This document shows, in pieces, positions 14,453 to 27,850 of a stretch of DNA of 64,000 bases. The stretch is taken from the NCBI RefSeq assembly GCF_009914755.1, contig NC_060937.1; one strand, written 5' to 3'. Position numbers and translations under genes: made by a program. Numbering within the stretch: the first letter of the stretch is position 1; each line of letters starts with the position of its first letter. Source of the stretch: the human T2T-CHM13v2.0 reference genome, Homo sapiens. Under the pieces are notes generated by a model. It was given only the letters and a program-made list of their open reading frames with translations, ran no database searches and was not told where the DNA came from.

Positions 14453-15469
14453 ATACATTTATATGAATATATATTCACACACACATACACTTCCAAGAAC
14501 TCTTTCTTGTTCTTTATTCCTTTGATGGTATTCTCTTCTTGTTTCATGAATGCAATATCTTCTCATCTTTCTGATTTTTTCTTATACATCCTGCTTTGCA
14601 TATATTTCCTCCAAAGTATTGTTCCCATGTTTGTTTTTGTCTCTATCTTTGATGATAGAGGCTTTCCTTAAATGTATAATAAAGGTCGATTGTGAATTAC
14701 TAAAAAGCTGCTTAGAAAGTTTGTGCAAGTGGATAAGGCTTATAGACTTCTAAGGTTGCATTGTGGAGTAATTTTATTTAGGAGAACCAAATATCAGTGT
14801 CTATATCTATTTTCTTTGCTACCGTTCAGTTTGTCTGGAAGTATAAAAACCTGGCTTTCAAAATTCTGGATACCAATTGAGGGTGGTGGTTGGATGCAGG
14901 GGGTAACCACCTGGGTGCAGCGGGGCTGGAGTCTCTCAATTCATCCAATATAATTTAATTTAACCCTTCTGTTTTCAACAAAGAGCCTTAAGATGACCCT
15001 CTGCTGTGCCAGAGACTACTCTGGAGAATAAAACGCATGTCTCTTGCCATCGTCCAAGAAACAGTTATCACGCAATATGGGGTAAGATTGGGAGTCAAGG
15101 GAATAAGTGCTCCTTGGATAGACTTTCAGTGAAGTCTCCTATGCTCAGCTCTAATCTCATTCTTTCTAGTCCCAAAAGCCTCTCTTTCCTAAGCCCTTCT
15201 AGGGTTCTGTGAAGGGAATCAGCCTGTTTCTCTGGGAAATCTTCTCTCCAGGCAGTCGAGTTTCAGTTTTCTCTACTCTCCTACATCAGTTACCTCTCCT
15301 ACACTGGTTTTACATTTTCCCAAAATGTGAAGTTGTCTCTTGTCCTTGGCCATTTCCTAACTCTGTTTTTGTGGATCTTGTAGGAGAGGGTATAGATAAA
15401 TGCTAAGTTTATCTTTACTTACCTGTCACCTTTAAGTGGAAATCCATTACAGGTATCTTCTCCTAGCCT

Positions 15470-15650
15470 ATAATTAGTCTTTGGAGTTGATCTTGTTCTC
15501 TTATAAAATGAGCATAACAATAATAATAGCAATAACAATACTCATTCATCTTCTTTAGGGTGTTCTTGTGAGGCTCCAAAAGAAGCAAATGTATGAGACC
15601 ACACTTTGTAAACTGCAATGTGCCATATGAATTCTACTTGCTATTACAAA
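15470..15650 (+). mobile_element. MIR SINE fragment
   Basis: CTTATAAAATGAGCATAACAATAATA...GGTGTTCTTGTGAGG...ACTTTGTAAACTG core. Confidence 0.5.
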
Positions 15651-16189
15651 TATTAACGTTAATCTAGTGGAGAAGAGGAAACCTATGAAAAGCTAATTGT
15701 GTATAACTTTATAAATAATAAGAACAATGATGGAGATATGTGTGTGCAATTATGGAAGCAGAGACGTGTGAGTGAATACCTGGTGATGGAACCAGTGAAT
15801 GAATATGTCAACCCAGTTTGGATGTTTGTGAATGGCTTCTTGAGAGTATCAAGACTGAGTTAATATTTAAATGCATCAGAGGTTATTGTTTATCTCGTTC
15901 TTTAACAAAAGACTGAATAATTCTGATTAGTTGTACATAAAAAGGGCCAAAGAAGATCACAAACCTATTCCCTTCTCTAAATGAAATCATCTGTTCATTC
16001 ACCCAGGTCACCAAGGCACATTGCCTCAAGGAATTTAAGTTGGAGAATATATTTTTATAACAGAGAAAATAAGGTAGATAATAGAAATAAAAGTTCTGAT
16101 TGTGCAGATAAATATTAAATTTGTAATAAGGAGACTTGATCTTCCCAAAGGGATAGTGAAATAATATCCTTTCCTTCAGAAAAGCTTCT

Positions 16190-16350
16190 GCTACTTTCCA
16201 GACATTTTCACAAAGAGAATCTCACTTAATCCTCACCATAGTCCTTTAAAATATCTAGATTCAATCCTGTTTTTCAGATAAGAAATTGAGGGATCAAAAA
16301 GCTAAGTTATCTGTCAGATTTAGAGTCAGATTTTGAATCCAGATCTCCAA
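16190..16350 (-). mobile_element. MIR SINE fragment
   Basis: TCTCACTTAATCCTCAC...TTTTCAGATAAGAAATTGAG...TTTGAATCCAG. Confidence 0.6.
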
Positions 16351-17418
16351 ATGCCAAGGAAAATGTTTGATGGATTGCCCTACTCCAAGCACCGGCCACC
16401 AGTCGTCTCTCGCAACTATCTCTCATGATGGAAATGGATTGAGGCACATACTAGGGTGAAGGATCAAAGTGGGGACCACTCACAGACCAGGGGATCATTG
16501 GCAGATGTCCCGTGGCATATGCCAGCACATTCTGTCAGTCCCTTGAGGGTACCAGAGCACCAGGCAATCAAAATGACAGGTTGTACAAAGATCCACACTC
16601 CTTACAAATGGTCTTCCTTTTCCTTTTGTTTCATTCCTTCTGAGCAGCTGGTATCTTTCAGCAAACTATCGGTATTATATTTAAGACATAGTACATCATT
16701 AAAATAAAGCTTGGGGCTAATAATTATGTCTTGTTCAGGTGTTTTATGACTAAAGATTCTGACTTTCCCCCCAAGGTTTCCAACTCACTCTTTTCCAAAT
16801 TGCTTCTCTCAGGACATTTGTTACATTGTGGACGTGTCCGCAACAATTAAATAGCAGTTTAATCCTCCCTTTGCAGATCTTTCTTTTTGAGGTAGTGTCC
16901 TGGAGCCTAAGCTGCTTGCACTTTCAAGGTGGTATTTATGGAGTCCTCAGTTGGCTGTGCAGGTGTGGCTGCACACACGAGTTTATCAAAGTGGAAAGCT
17001 GTCTCCCCACCCTCGTATTGCTCACACGTCATCGTCTCATTTATTCATCAACAATACTGCTGACTCCCCCTCATCCTGCCTCCATCTCAACCATTGTTCA
17101 GCAGTTACTAAGACACTCAAAATGTCAAACAGGACCTATAGTAGACAAGCATTTGATCTCTTATCCTCAGCTATTTTATCTTTTGGGGTTGATAATAGTA
17201 CCCACCACTCAGAATTATTATGAAGATCAAATAAAGTCAAGTATGTAAAATTACCTTGTAATTTGTAAAAAAAAAAAAAGAACAAGAAAAAAGAAAGAAA
17301 AGAAAAAGTAGCACTTTAGAGTTGGCAAAAAAGCGTTTTTATATAGATGACCTCATTTAATATCCTTCATGAGCCTGTGAATTCTGTTACTTTATAGTGG
17401 AGGAGAAAACTCTTCGGT

Positions 17419-17486
17419 ATAGGTTGGTGCAAAAGTAATAGTGATTATTATTATTTAAAGATGCAACTACTTCTGCACCAATCTAA
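17419..17486. mobile_element. MADE1 (Hsmar1-derived MITE), internally diverged
   Basis: Inverted termini TAGGTTGGTGCAAAAGTAAT ... ACTACTTCTGCACCAATCTAA with TA flanks. Confidence 0.85.
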
Positions 17487-17804
17487 TAGATTACATTTAA
17501 AATGGAAGCCTTTCTTTGACCTTTTGGTCTGGACTATGGCTGTACAGTGTAGCAAAGCAAAAGGAACATGGCGGGGCAACTTTCTAGGCAAACACAGCAG
17601 GAGCACTACATTTACTTTAAGGGCCCTGGAAAGAGGACTCCAAATCAGCATTTCTACTCACATTGAAATCCAGGTCTATGTAAGTATTCTTTCGCGAATT
17701 ATTACTTGTTAAACTGCTTAGCTTTCCTACTGTTTCACATTCACCAAAAGCATTTTGATCCAAACATTCAAATCAATGCCCTTTACAGAAATCCTCCTAG
17801 GTTG

Positions 17805-18568
<764 letters not shown>

Positions 18569-19425
18569 GGTTGTTTCCACTCAGATCACTCTAGTTAGAT
18601 ATTCAGTCACAAATAGCTGAACTACTTTGATCTTTTGGTTTGCCATCAGAAATAATCACCTTGCTATAAACATCCACATCTCAAAGCCGCATACATAAAA
18701 CTTTTTTCATGTGATATATTTGATATATTTTTTGTATAATTTAGAATTTTCAAGGAATTTTTACTTTGGACCATTCATTAATTCTTTTATCAAATATATT
18801 CAGCCTCTTTTAAGAGCAAGTGCTTTCCTGTGGTCTGACGATTCAGAGGTGAGTATAACCAAGTCCTTTGCAGCCCTCACAGGACTTGAAGTTTAGTAGA
18901 AGTATCAGTTTTATCTGTCAAGAGACATTCCTCTCCACTCACCTGACTGGCTTAATCACCAGGTTACATACAGCCCTGCCAAACTTGGTAAGTTAAACTA
19001 GCTATGAACAAATTGTTACAAAATATTTTAATGCAAACAAAAAAGACTAGGAACACCATTTATTCACATAAGTTTCCTTTGGCATTTGATATTGTTCAAA
19101 CTAATGAAATCAGCAATGTTCTAAACTTTCATGGACACTTTAACCTTAGTCATTCTCAGATTTGGTCAGCTTTGCAAAATAGCAACTATTGTTAGCATTT
19201 ACATAAATCATATTAATTAACATGTATTAAGCCTTAACAACATGGCATGTCCTTAACATGGATTAGTTTCCCTAAAATTCATAATAACATTACTTACATG
19301 ATGAAGGACTAAGACTATCTCCATTTCACAGATGGCAGATATACTGAGTCCTAAGGTGAGAATTTCTCACCAGGTGTAGCCCTTAACATACTATAGAAAT
19401 AAGCAAAATGTTCCCATGCTTTGAT

Positions 19426-19863
19426 TGATATGGTTTGGATATTTGTCTCCTCCACATGTCATGCTGAATTGTAATTCCCAGTATTGGAGGTGAGGCCTAG
19501 AGGGAGGTGTTTGGACTGTGGGGGCAGATCCCTCAAGAATGGCTTAGCATCATCTCCTTGGTGATTAGTAAATTCTCACTCTGAGTTCACGCAAAATCTG
19601 GTTGTTGAAAAGCATGTGGCACCTCCCCCCTTTCTTTCTTGCTCCTGTTGTCACCATGTGATGCACCTGCTCCCCTTCACCTTCCATCATGATAATAAGT
19701 TTCCTGAAGCCCTCGCCTTGATAATAAGTTTCCTGAGGCCTTCCTTTCCTGTAAAGCCATGCTTCCTTTACAGCTTGCAGAACAATAAGCCAATTGACTT
19801 CTTTTCTTTAAATAACCCGGTCTCCAGTATTTCTTCACAGCAATGCAAAAATAGCCTCATACA
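19426..19863 (+). mobile_element. MaLR solo LTR (MSTB-like)
   Basis: TGATATGGTTTGGAT...CTCATACA; TSD TTGAT/CTGAT. Confidence 0.9.
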
Positions 19864-20442
19864 CTGATACACTTATTTTAACTTCACATTTATTGAGCAC
19901 CTACTATATGTAAATTTCAGTGCTAAATTCTGGAGAATGGAATAAAAATGGAGAGGATACAATGACTACCCTCAAAGGAATTTAAAATCTAATAGAGCAT
20001 ACAAACATGTACAGAAGTAATATAAGTAAACTAAGTGGGCAGAGGCAGTGGCAAGGGGAGTCCTGGATATGGATCGAGAATGGAAATGAGCTGGCCTCAA
20101 GGCTTCACATGAGAACACACTTATTGTGGTGAAGTTGATGCTTGAGTACTCTAAATTCCCTTCCCAGAAGCATGGTGAACAGTGTGTAGAGCACCCCTCT
20201 GAGTCTTGGACAGGAGAACAGACTGGCTGGAAGGATCCATCCTGAATCTCTCCCAGCATATCTTGTGTCAGTTCTCAGTCCCCTCCCACATCCCTCATCT
20301 GCCATCAGGTCTTTCTGCCATGGCCCCACCCACTCAGGCCGCTTGTACTGAGCTTCCCCTTTGACGCTCCCCTTTCCCACCGTCCACCCATGGGAACAGG
20401 TTCTCCCCTGTGGAACCCAAGGAACTCTTGCACTTTACAACT

Positions 20443-20993
20443 TATATTATTCAGGGTCCTCTAGAGGGACAGGACTAGCAGGATAGATGTATATATGAAA
20501 GGGAGTTTATTAAGGAGTATTGACTCACACAATCACAAGGTGAAGTCCCACAATAGGTCCTCTGCAAGCTGAGCATCAAGAAAGCCAGTATGAGTCTCCA
20601 AAGCTCAAAAGTAGGGAAGCCAACAGTGCAGCCTTCAGTCTGTGTCCAAAGGCCTGAGAGCCCCTGGCAAACCACTAATATAGGTCCAAGAGTCCAAAAG
20701 CTGAAGAACTTGGAGTCCGATGTTGGAGGGCAGGAAGCATCCAACACAGGAGAAAGATGAAGGCCGGAAGACTCAGCCAGTCTAGTCCTTCCACGTTCCT
20801 CTGCCTGTTTTTTGTCCTAGCTGTACTAGCAGCTGCTTAGACGGTGCTCACTCAGATTGGGGGTGTGTCTGCCTCTCCCAGTCCACTGACTCAAATGTTA
20901 ATCTCCTTTGTCAACACCTTCACAGACACACCCAGAAACAATACTTTACATCCTTCAATCCAATCAAGTTGACACTCAGTATTAACCATCACA
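20443..20993 (-). mobile_element. ERVL solo LTR (MLT2B-like)
   Basis: TCAGGGTCCTCTAGAGGGACAG...CAATCCAATCAAGTTGACACTCAGTATTAACCATCACA; TSD CAACT/CCACT. Confidence 0.9.
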
Positions 20994-21174
20994 CCACTCT
21001 AGGGCAGCAGGTCCAGGAGGCATCTCTGCTCCTGGAGAACATCTAGGCATCCTGACTAATCTTAGGTTTGGCTAATTTTCATTGCCTTGGAGACACAATA
21101 TGCTTCCCCTCCTCTGTAATAATTGTTAGGGAATGAATGGATTTCACAAAAAAAAGTATGTTATAGTTCAGCGT

Positions 21175-21508
21175 TGATGCAGATGTAATTAGTCAGGTTG
21201 AAATTAGGTCATACTAGAGTAGGGTGGGCCCTTAATCCCGTATGACTGATGTTCACAGGAAGAAGATGACTATGTGAAAACTGAGGCAGAGACTGGAGTC
21301 ATGCAGGCACAAGTCAAGGAAGGGGACTACCAGGAGCTGGCAGGGGTAAGGAAGGATTCTGCCCTAGAGACTTCAGAGGACCATGGCCCAGCCAACAGCT
21401 TGATTTCAGACCCATAGCCTCCATAACTGTAAGAGGGTAGATTTCTGTTGTTTTAAGCGATCAAGTTTGTGGTACAGTACTTTGTTACAGCAGCTCTGGA
21501 AATTAACA
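21175..21508 (+). mobile_element. MaLR LTR fragment (MLT1B/C-like)
   Basis: GCAGATGTAATTAG...GGGTGGGCCCTTAATCC...TTTCTGTTGTTTTAAGC...TTTGTTACAGCAGC. Confidence 0.8.
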
Positions 21509-22974
21509 TCATAACTAAGGGACACAATGGGTAGGAATTCCAGAAAAGATATAGAGAGAAAGTAGTGCCATCAAATGTAGGAATGGGAATGTTGTGTTGC
21601 ATTAAATATTAAAGGTTATATATGCTACCTTTTTGCTGGCATCCTCTACAGTGAGGGTTCTTGAGGCATACCCCAAACCCATTGAGAATGATTCCATTTG
21701 GGCTGTGAGACCTCAGGATCGAGACAAGGAAACATTTTAATCATCAGGGTTACTCATGGTCTCCAAAATATTGTGTGATCTCATCCATAGAGTCCCCCTC
21801 TCTCAACTCAGCGCACACCAGTGGGATAGACCAGTCCTGCTATAAGGGAGCAAGAGCTCAAGGCAAGAGTTCAAGTCTTTGCTTCTACACAGAACCTTGA
21901 TATAACTTTAAGCACCCTGCAGGCATCTTACATTCTACTCCAGAATCCACACTGGTGGGCCCAAGCTCTGTGCATGGAGCTAGAGACACAGAGATGAGCA
22001 AGTGACAGCCCCTCTCCTCAAGCTCACAGGCTGTTTGCAGACATAGGTAGATGTGCAAATGGCTTCAGCACATAGCCTGTCCCATTAAAGAGGTAAAATT
22101 CAATGTTAGAACCACAAAGAAAAGGTGTACCTAACCTACTTACAATGTGCTTCTGCACTGTGATGTGATGAGGGTGAGCACTACAGAGCCTTTAAATCAC
22201 TTTTAAAGAGCTCCTCTGGCAAAGTGAGGGAGGTGAGGTGAGAGGAGGAAGGTGAGATGGGGTGTGCAGAAGTGATGGGGGGCAAGATGAGGCAAGGGGT
22301 GTTGGAGATTGTATTGGTCTTGCTTTCAGAAGAACAGGGGTCATACTCTAGTTTTGAATAAATCACTTAACATTCTAAGATCCTCAGTCTCCCTAGTTAA
22401 AATGGGACTTAAAATGATAGCAAATAAAATCTGCCATGAGTATCAAAAGAGATGATGGTGCAAAACAATTTTGGAAAGGTAAATGCCACCTAATGGATAG
22501 ATTTTTTATATTCAGAGAATGTTGTTTCCAGGTTATCATTATCAATCATTGCTTCTCCACCCCCACCCCAGCTTACAAAATAGGAACATAGTATATAATA
22601 AGTACTTTTGGCACACAGTCATATCATAAGGCAAAAAAAGACTTCCATGACAAAAATATGGTTACATTTATATGTCGTTCATATAAATCAACCAAATCCA
22701 ATGTGTCTGCAAACAGGGACAATCAAGTCCAAGACAGCTAGGGATTTAAAAAATAATAATGAAATATGAAAAAGCTTACAGTGCATGTCATGTGTACAGT
22801 AGGAATTCAGAGAAGGAAAGGACCTTTAAAGCAGGACAAACTAAAGAAATCAGAAAAGAGACAATGTGAGGTTGAATTTTAAGTTTCTAGAAGAAGAAAT
22901 TATGACTGAATCATGTTTCTATCCCTAGAATATAACACTATACCTTACACAGTAGCCACACAATTAATATTTGT

Positions 22975-23135
22975 AGAAGGGAGGAAGGGAGGGAGGGAGG
23001 GAGGGAGGGAGGGAGGGAGGAAGAGAGAGAGGGAGGGAGGAAGAGAGAGAGGGAGAGAGGACGGAAGGAAGAAGGAAGGAAGGAAGGAAGAAAGAAAGGA
23101 AGGGAGGGAGGGAGGAGAGGAAAAAAGAGTAAGAG
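22975..23135. repeat. Polypurine (GGAG/GGAA/GA) simple repeat
   Basis: About 160 bp made up almost entirely of A/G. Confidence 0.95.
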
Positions 23136-26100
23136 GAGTAAGAGAGAATAGACTTGGATTGATAGAAAAGAGGAGAAAGTGTTAACGTAGGAAAAGAAAA
23201 TTGAGTGAGAAGAGGGGACGAGGTAGAAAAAAGCAGGAGGCAGTAAAGACACCGATTTGACTATCATTTCCATTTGATTTGAGGACTAGGAGTAGATCAA
23301 TAAGAAGCTGTAACACAAAGAAAAAGCCAGACCCTTGGAAAAAAAGAAAGAGGCTTTAACCTGCACAATTTCCCTCCTAGGTCTACTCATTGAAAATAGC
23401 AGGGATCCCAGTTTGAGCTTCAGCTCTGAGAAACCCAGATCTCAAGCCTGTCTTCTTATGTCTGGAGTGAGCCAGGTTGAGAGATCCTGGGATGCTTCCT
23501 AGGGAGGGGGAGGAGGGCATATTCCTCTGGGAAGAGGCCAGGAATGTACAAGGAAAGACAGACATAGGGAGCTGTATACATTCTCCTCAAACAGAGTCCT
23601 GCAGGGAGCAAGAATTGTCATGGGCCCTCCGCGCCTGACGCTATTCTGTGAGCAGGAGGACACCCATGAAAATGTTAATCTCTAGTCTGAGAGCAATGTC
23701 TCACTCAGAGGAAAGCATTTACAGTGTGGGCACCAACATTTATGGTGACAGAAGATGTGTCCTCTGCTGAGATCTCCCCCTCAGTGGGCACCAGCATTAT
23801 GGGGAAACAGAAGACATCTTCTACCCAGGCCTCGCCCAGTAGGCAGCAGTCTCAAAGATAGCATTGCCGGTGAGTGACAGGGACAGAGTAGCCACGCACT
23901 GTTTCCCAGGAAACAGGAACATCATCACAGCAAGTTGGATCACAAAAGGAGGAAAATGCTGGACATGCTTGATGGTGAGTAAGACTACAGAGCATGAGAC
24001 ACTCCCTGAGGGCTCCTAGGATTACTGGAAAGTAATTTGCCATGGGTTGTAAGTCCCTCTGAATGCACTGCAACAGACCTTCAAGAAAAGAAAAAAAAAA
24101 AAATACTGCTTTATAGCTGTTATCCTGACTCCCAGTATTCTGATCTGGGAAATGTGGGGTACACAAGCAATACAAATGAACTCCTGCCAGGGCAGATTTG
24201 ACCTCGAATCTGAGCTCTCCAAGACCCTGACATCAGCAGGCCTCAGAGAAGATATCTCTCCCACTGCTTGCTACAGCTGGTATCAGATAGCGTAAAGAGA
24301 CAGCCAGCCCCAAAGAGTCAAAAAGAAGAGCTGCAATTAAACAGTCTGGGGAATATAGACATTTTCCTTGAGGCAAGTCACAAGATACTCTACAACAGAA
24401 TACAGCTGCTCAAATAAACTCATCCTCATTTCAAAATCTCCACTGGCAGAGTTCTACCATGTGGACCAATCAAGTTTAAAAAAAAAAAATCTGTACTAAG
24501 AAAAAAAGAATTAAGTGCGTGTGCCTTGTTTTTTAAAACAATAACAAGAAAGGGTAGGAAGGCAAATTGCACTAAATGCTAGGTGATTACCAAGAGTGAC
24601 CCTGGTTATATGAGATTTTGGCTTAGTAGGGAAAACGCATGCAATTACGAGACAATGAGAAAGACCAGCACTCCTCAGGATATGGAGTCATAAAACGAGG
24701 CATTGCCCTTACTCGGCCTTAAATGACTTTGCCAGGAGATAAGACATAATTTGCAGAACGGTGTTTGTAAATGTTTACATTTTTGTAACCCAATTGCCGT
24801 TTGTTTCAAAATTATATGCATTCCACGTTATTGCTTTTGGTAGATTTTTACCTTTAGTTCTATAAAACAATGGCTGACTTCCTTTTTTAAAGATTCAAGT
24901 TATCTTGAATTCACTTCAAGGTATTGATCTTAATGTTCGCTTGAGAGGTCCAAGATAGAAATATTGCATCTAAATTTTTAAAACACTTGACTCTCAGTTT
25001 GAAACAATAATAGAATGAACCCTGAGAACACGATTTGGATCAAATCTAGACAGAAAAAAAAACATCCCTTTAGCTAGCGAAATTCTGTATGAGCAAAGAA
25101 TTATTCTTTTTTTTTTTCTTTTTGGTGTCTTCAAGAGCAGCAGACTCCCTTTGGTATGACTTGACCTCACAGACCTCTTCTGTCATGCGCTAGTGCTCTT
25201 TGGTTGCAGAGAAATGCTGTTTTCTGGAGTCTTTAACTCCTTTTCTGGCCATCATCCCAGAAGTATTGATCACCTTCAGTCATTGTCCTATTCTGCCTCA
25301 GAATGGCGCCAGAGTGATTCCTAAAACCCAAATGTTATTTTGCCTCTACTGCTTAAACTCCTGTGGCCGTTCCCTATCTTCCCCAGATGAAAAAGCTCAA
25401 TATCCTTAGAAAGGCTGGAAGGACCAGCCCAGCTGGTGCTGCCTGGCTTCCATCTCCCCGTGAGAAAACGGAGAGCTGTCTGGTACAAGAGCTTGCGAGG
25501 TCACCACTAACTGATGACAGCCATTTCCAAAAAGACTCGCATTGCATGGAACTGTGCTGGGTTTGTGATTTAAATGTTCTCTGTCAGAGCTTCTGCATTC
25601 CCTTCAATGAAAGCCAAAAGTTATCCTTTTCGGGTTCACTTTGAAAAATACTACTAGAATGCTATTTCTAACATATTAATTATTTGAAAACTTCAGTGGC
25701 AGTTGAAGGCAGGTAGCTAATGACAGTGCTCAGAGAGCCTTTCCAACTCATTTGGAAATAAAGTAAACGGCTTTCTTTGTTTCACTTCCTTCATCTGATC
25801 AATTTCAGCATAGTGTTTGTTCTGCTTAATCCCAACATATCTGGTTTCTTTTCATTGTTTTCTACCAGGCGGTATTTCCTAGATCATGACTATCATTCTG
25901 ACTCTGATATTTTACTAGCTTTAAAGGGCCCTGTCTCACTGAAGAGCTGTAGCTAGTGCTTTTATACCTTCCTGTGGTCATCAGGCTCTCAGCAGAAAAA
26001 AAATTCTGTGGGAGGCCTCTTTCTTCTGCTGCTCTAGGTGTTTTCTCTGCAGACTATACTTTCTGGCTCTAATAATTCCTACAAAGATAGCAAAAGACCC

Positions 26101-26736
26101 AAAGCCCTAGCATCTCAAGACTTTGCTCTGGCATGCAGAGCCAGCTGTAGAGTAAGACTGGCTTCACTGGCCCCTTTGCTGCTGTGGTGGTGGTCCTTGC
26201 CCAGCAAGTGGGCACTGCTCCAAAATCAATTGAGGTGTATGACTTGGTGTCTCTTGATGTCGCCAAGATCTAGAAACCCTATAAGGATGACTCAGCCCTG
26301 GCACAGGGGCCCCCCAAGGACCGGCCTCAGTGCCCATTAGCTTTGCAGCCCCAACCCTAGAGTGCCCTGCTCCTGCACCAGACGCTCTCTTGGGAATGTG
26401 AATCTGAGGTTCTTGCAGGCTCAGCTCATGGTTAGGGATGCCTATTCTTCCATTTTGACCTGTACACAGACAAAGGTCATTGTTATTTTTAGTAAAAAGC
26501 ATTTTATTTTGAAATAATTTTGAATAGAACTATTTCATTACTCCATCAAAATTATAAAATCAATGTATCAGTCAGTAAAAATATATTTGAATATATTGTA
26601 TAATTATAGTTATTTTAACACCCCCTTCCATCTCAAAAGTATTGCAGTATGGGACCCAAAATTCCATGGTCACTTTATGTGATGATGAGCGATAAGAAGA
26701 GCAGAGACCTAAATTCATATGAAGAGCAAAGTCCAT

Positions 26737-27102
26737 TGCATTAGTCTGTTCTCACACTACTAATAAAGCCATACCCGAGCCTGGGTAGTTTATAAAGGAA
26801 AGAGGTATAATGGACTCACAGTTCCACATGGCTGGGGAGGCCTCACAATAATGGCAGAAGGCAAAGGAGGAACAAAGTCACATCTTGCATGGTGTCAGGC
26901 AAAAGAGAGCATGTGCAAGAGAGCTCCCATTTATAAAACCATCAGATCTCATGAAACTTATTCACTATCACGAGAACAGCACAGGAAAGACCCGCCCTCA
27001 TGATTCAATTACCTCCCACTGGGTCCCTCCCACTATACCTGGAAATTATGGGAGCTGCAATTCAAGATGAGATTTGGGTGGGGACACAGCCAAACCGTAT
27101 CA
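26737..27102 (-). mobile_element. THE1 (B/C/D) solo LTR
   Basis: ACTCACAGTTCCACATGGCTGGGGAGGCCTCACAAT...GAGATTTGGGTGGGGACACAGCCAAACC; TSD TCCAT/CCCAT. Confidence 0.92.
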
Positions 27103-27754
27103 CCCATCTTTCCCCCTTTGTCACAGGGTCATTGCAGTCAACCAACAATCCTTAAAGGCAATTCACACCAACCCAACACTTAGCCACAGCAAACAAACTG
27201 CATAGTGTACAGGCAGAAGGTAGTGAAGTAGTGCTTTCTTGGTCACTTGCAGGTCACAAGGGGTGTAAGAATGGGACCCAGGATGCCCCATGATCCTCGC
27301 CCTCCTCTGAGGGGAAGCTCCAAAGGCACAAGGAGCTGTGGATCTGACCAGGACCTGCCTCAGGCCTGAGAGGAAACTGATTCATTGATGGAAAATTTCC
27401 AGGTCCTGGCCAAGCAAGAGAAACCAGTTCACACAGCTTTGATAACCAGTGGGGCAGCGTGCACCCACAGGACAAGTGCCACTGACACAGGACAGAGCAG
27501 GGATACACCGAGAAACTCCAGGGCTCGTCCCCAACATCAGAAAACACTCCCAGGACAGACAGATACCTCTTGGGGTAAAGAAAAGGGAGGAGAGCAAGCA
27601 CGAAGGCCTAAATTCTATCAAACTAGGTATAAACTATATGCCACCTTTAGCTATTTGTTTTCTCCTCCACTATCTTGATCAGATTACTTATTTTTCCAAG
27701 CACATCTGGGTGTAATGCATGTAAATTCACAACCCTACTACACAAGTGGCCTCA

Positions 27755-27804
27755 TATATGTGTGTGTGTGTGTGTGTGTGTATGTGTGTGTGTATATATA
27801 TGTG

Positions 27805-27850
<46 letters not shown>
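27755..27850. repeat. Compound (TG)n/(TA)n microsatellite
   Basis: About 95 bp of alternating purine-pyrimidine sequence. Confidence 0.95.

Noticed and set aside
16826-17248. 140-aa ORF
   Set aside because: TTG start, no domain similarity that I recognise, and no clear exon structure.
22913-23273. Low-complexity G/R/E and L/P/S ORFs
   Set aside because: These are translations of the polypurine simple repeat.
26038-26502. Overlapping 100-112 aa ORFs in non-repeat DNA
   Set aside because: Non-ATG starts in the two longer ORFs, no recognisable domain, and length compatible with chance in a locally GC-richer patch.
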